A stretch of DNA of 64,000 nt. It comes from Bacillota bacterium. GTDB taxonomy: Bacteria; Bacillota; Clostridia; Lachnospirales; Lachnospiraceae. The DNA lies in assembly GCA_023420935.1 (NCBI GenBank), contig JAEZUR010000071.1, positions 47,434-111,433 on the forward strand. Direction: 5' to 3'. The position numbers and the translations under genes were made by a program. The notes beneath the pieces were generated by a model, which did no database searches, was not told the DNA's origin, and was given only the letters and a program-made list of their open reading frames with translations. Shown piece by piece: positions 59,065 to 64,000 of this stretch (the stretch's first letter is position 1; each line of letters starts with the position of its first letter).

Positions 59065-59228
59065 GAAAAATGCACTATTGTGGTGTCGTATGCTATAAAT
59101 TCACTATGAAGTGATTATAACACACTACGGAAGAAATGAAAAGCTTTTTCTAATATAAAACCACAATACAAGAAAGTTTTTAACGAAATAAACCAATAAA
59201 CATAAAAAATCAAGGGGTGAAAACGTCA

Positions 59229-64000
<4,772 letters not shown>

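Overview
This window is low-GC Firmicute chromosome, Clostridia or Lachnospiraceae-like. It comes from a spore former (gerA-type operon, spoIIID) with an Rnf complex. Nearly all of it is densely packed core or housekeeping DNA, and I recognise about 55 genes. In order they are:
- a truncated [FeFe]-hydrogenase-like gene and a peroxiredoxin;
- a six-gene polyamine operon (speD, arginine decarboxylase, speE, speB, carboxy(nor)spermidine dehydrogenase and decarboxylase);
- an M14 peptidase and a small GC-rich YkgJ-type gene;
- a MoxR/DUF58/transglutaminase triad;
- a PAS-GGDEF cyclase, an H-NOX-fused chemoreceptor and asnS;
- gerA-type A/B/C genes and a second MCP;
- a BMP-type nucleoside ABC transporter and an alanine/glycine:cation symporter;
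- a ferredoxin-nitroreductase, spoIIID and rnfCDGEAB;
- a LacI plus sugar ABC locus, followed by an HD-GYP protein and a degenerate-receiver AraC regulator;
- an orphan FliD-like protein;
- the rpmG-secE-nusG-rplKAJL block, separated from rpoBC by a rubrerythrin / GH31 / DUF2089 insertion.

I see no CRISPR array, transposase, integrase, prophage or recognisable defence system, and no single feature that I can defend as a clearly novel system. The best leads are:
- a 209-nt nested hairpin element next to the GC-rich ykgJ-like gene;
- the hybrid dual-route polyamine operon;
- duplicated 23S L1-stalk mimics upstream of rplK and rplA;
- the HD-GYP plus pseudo-receiver pair, which has no kinase;
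- the divergent FliD-like orphan;
- the interrupted rplL-rpoB linkage, with an unusually long hairpin structure.

All family assignments come from motif recognition by eye, not from database searches.
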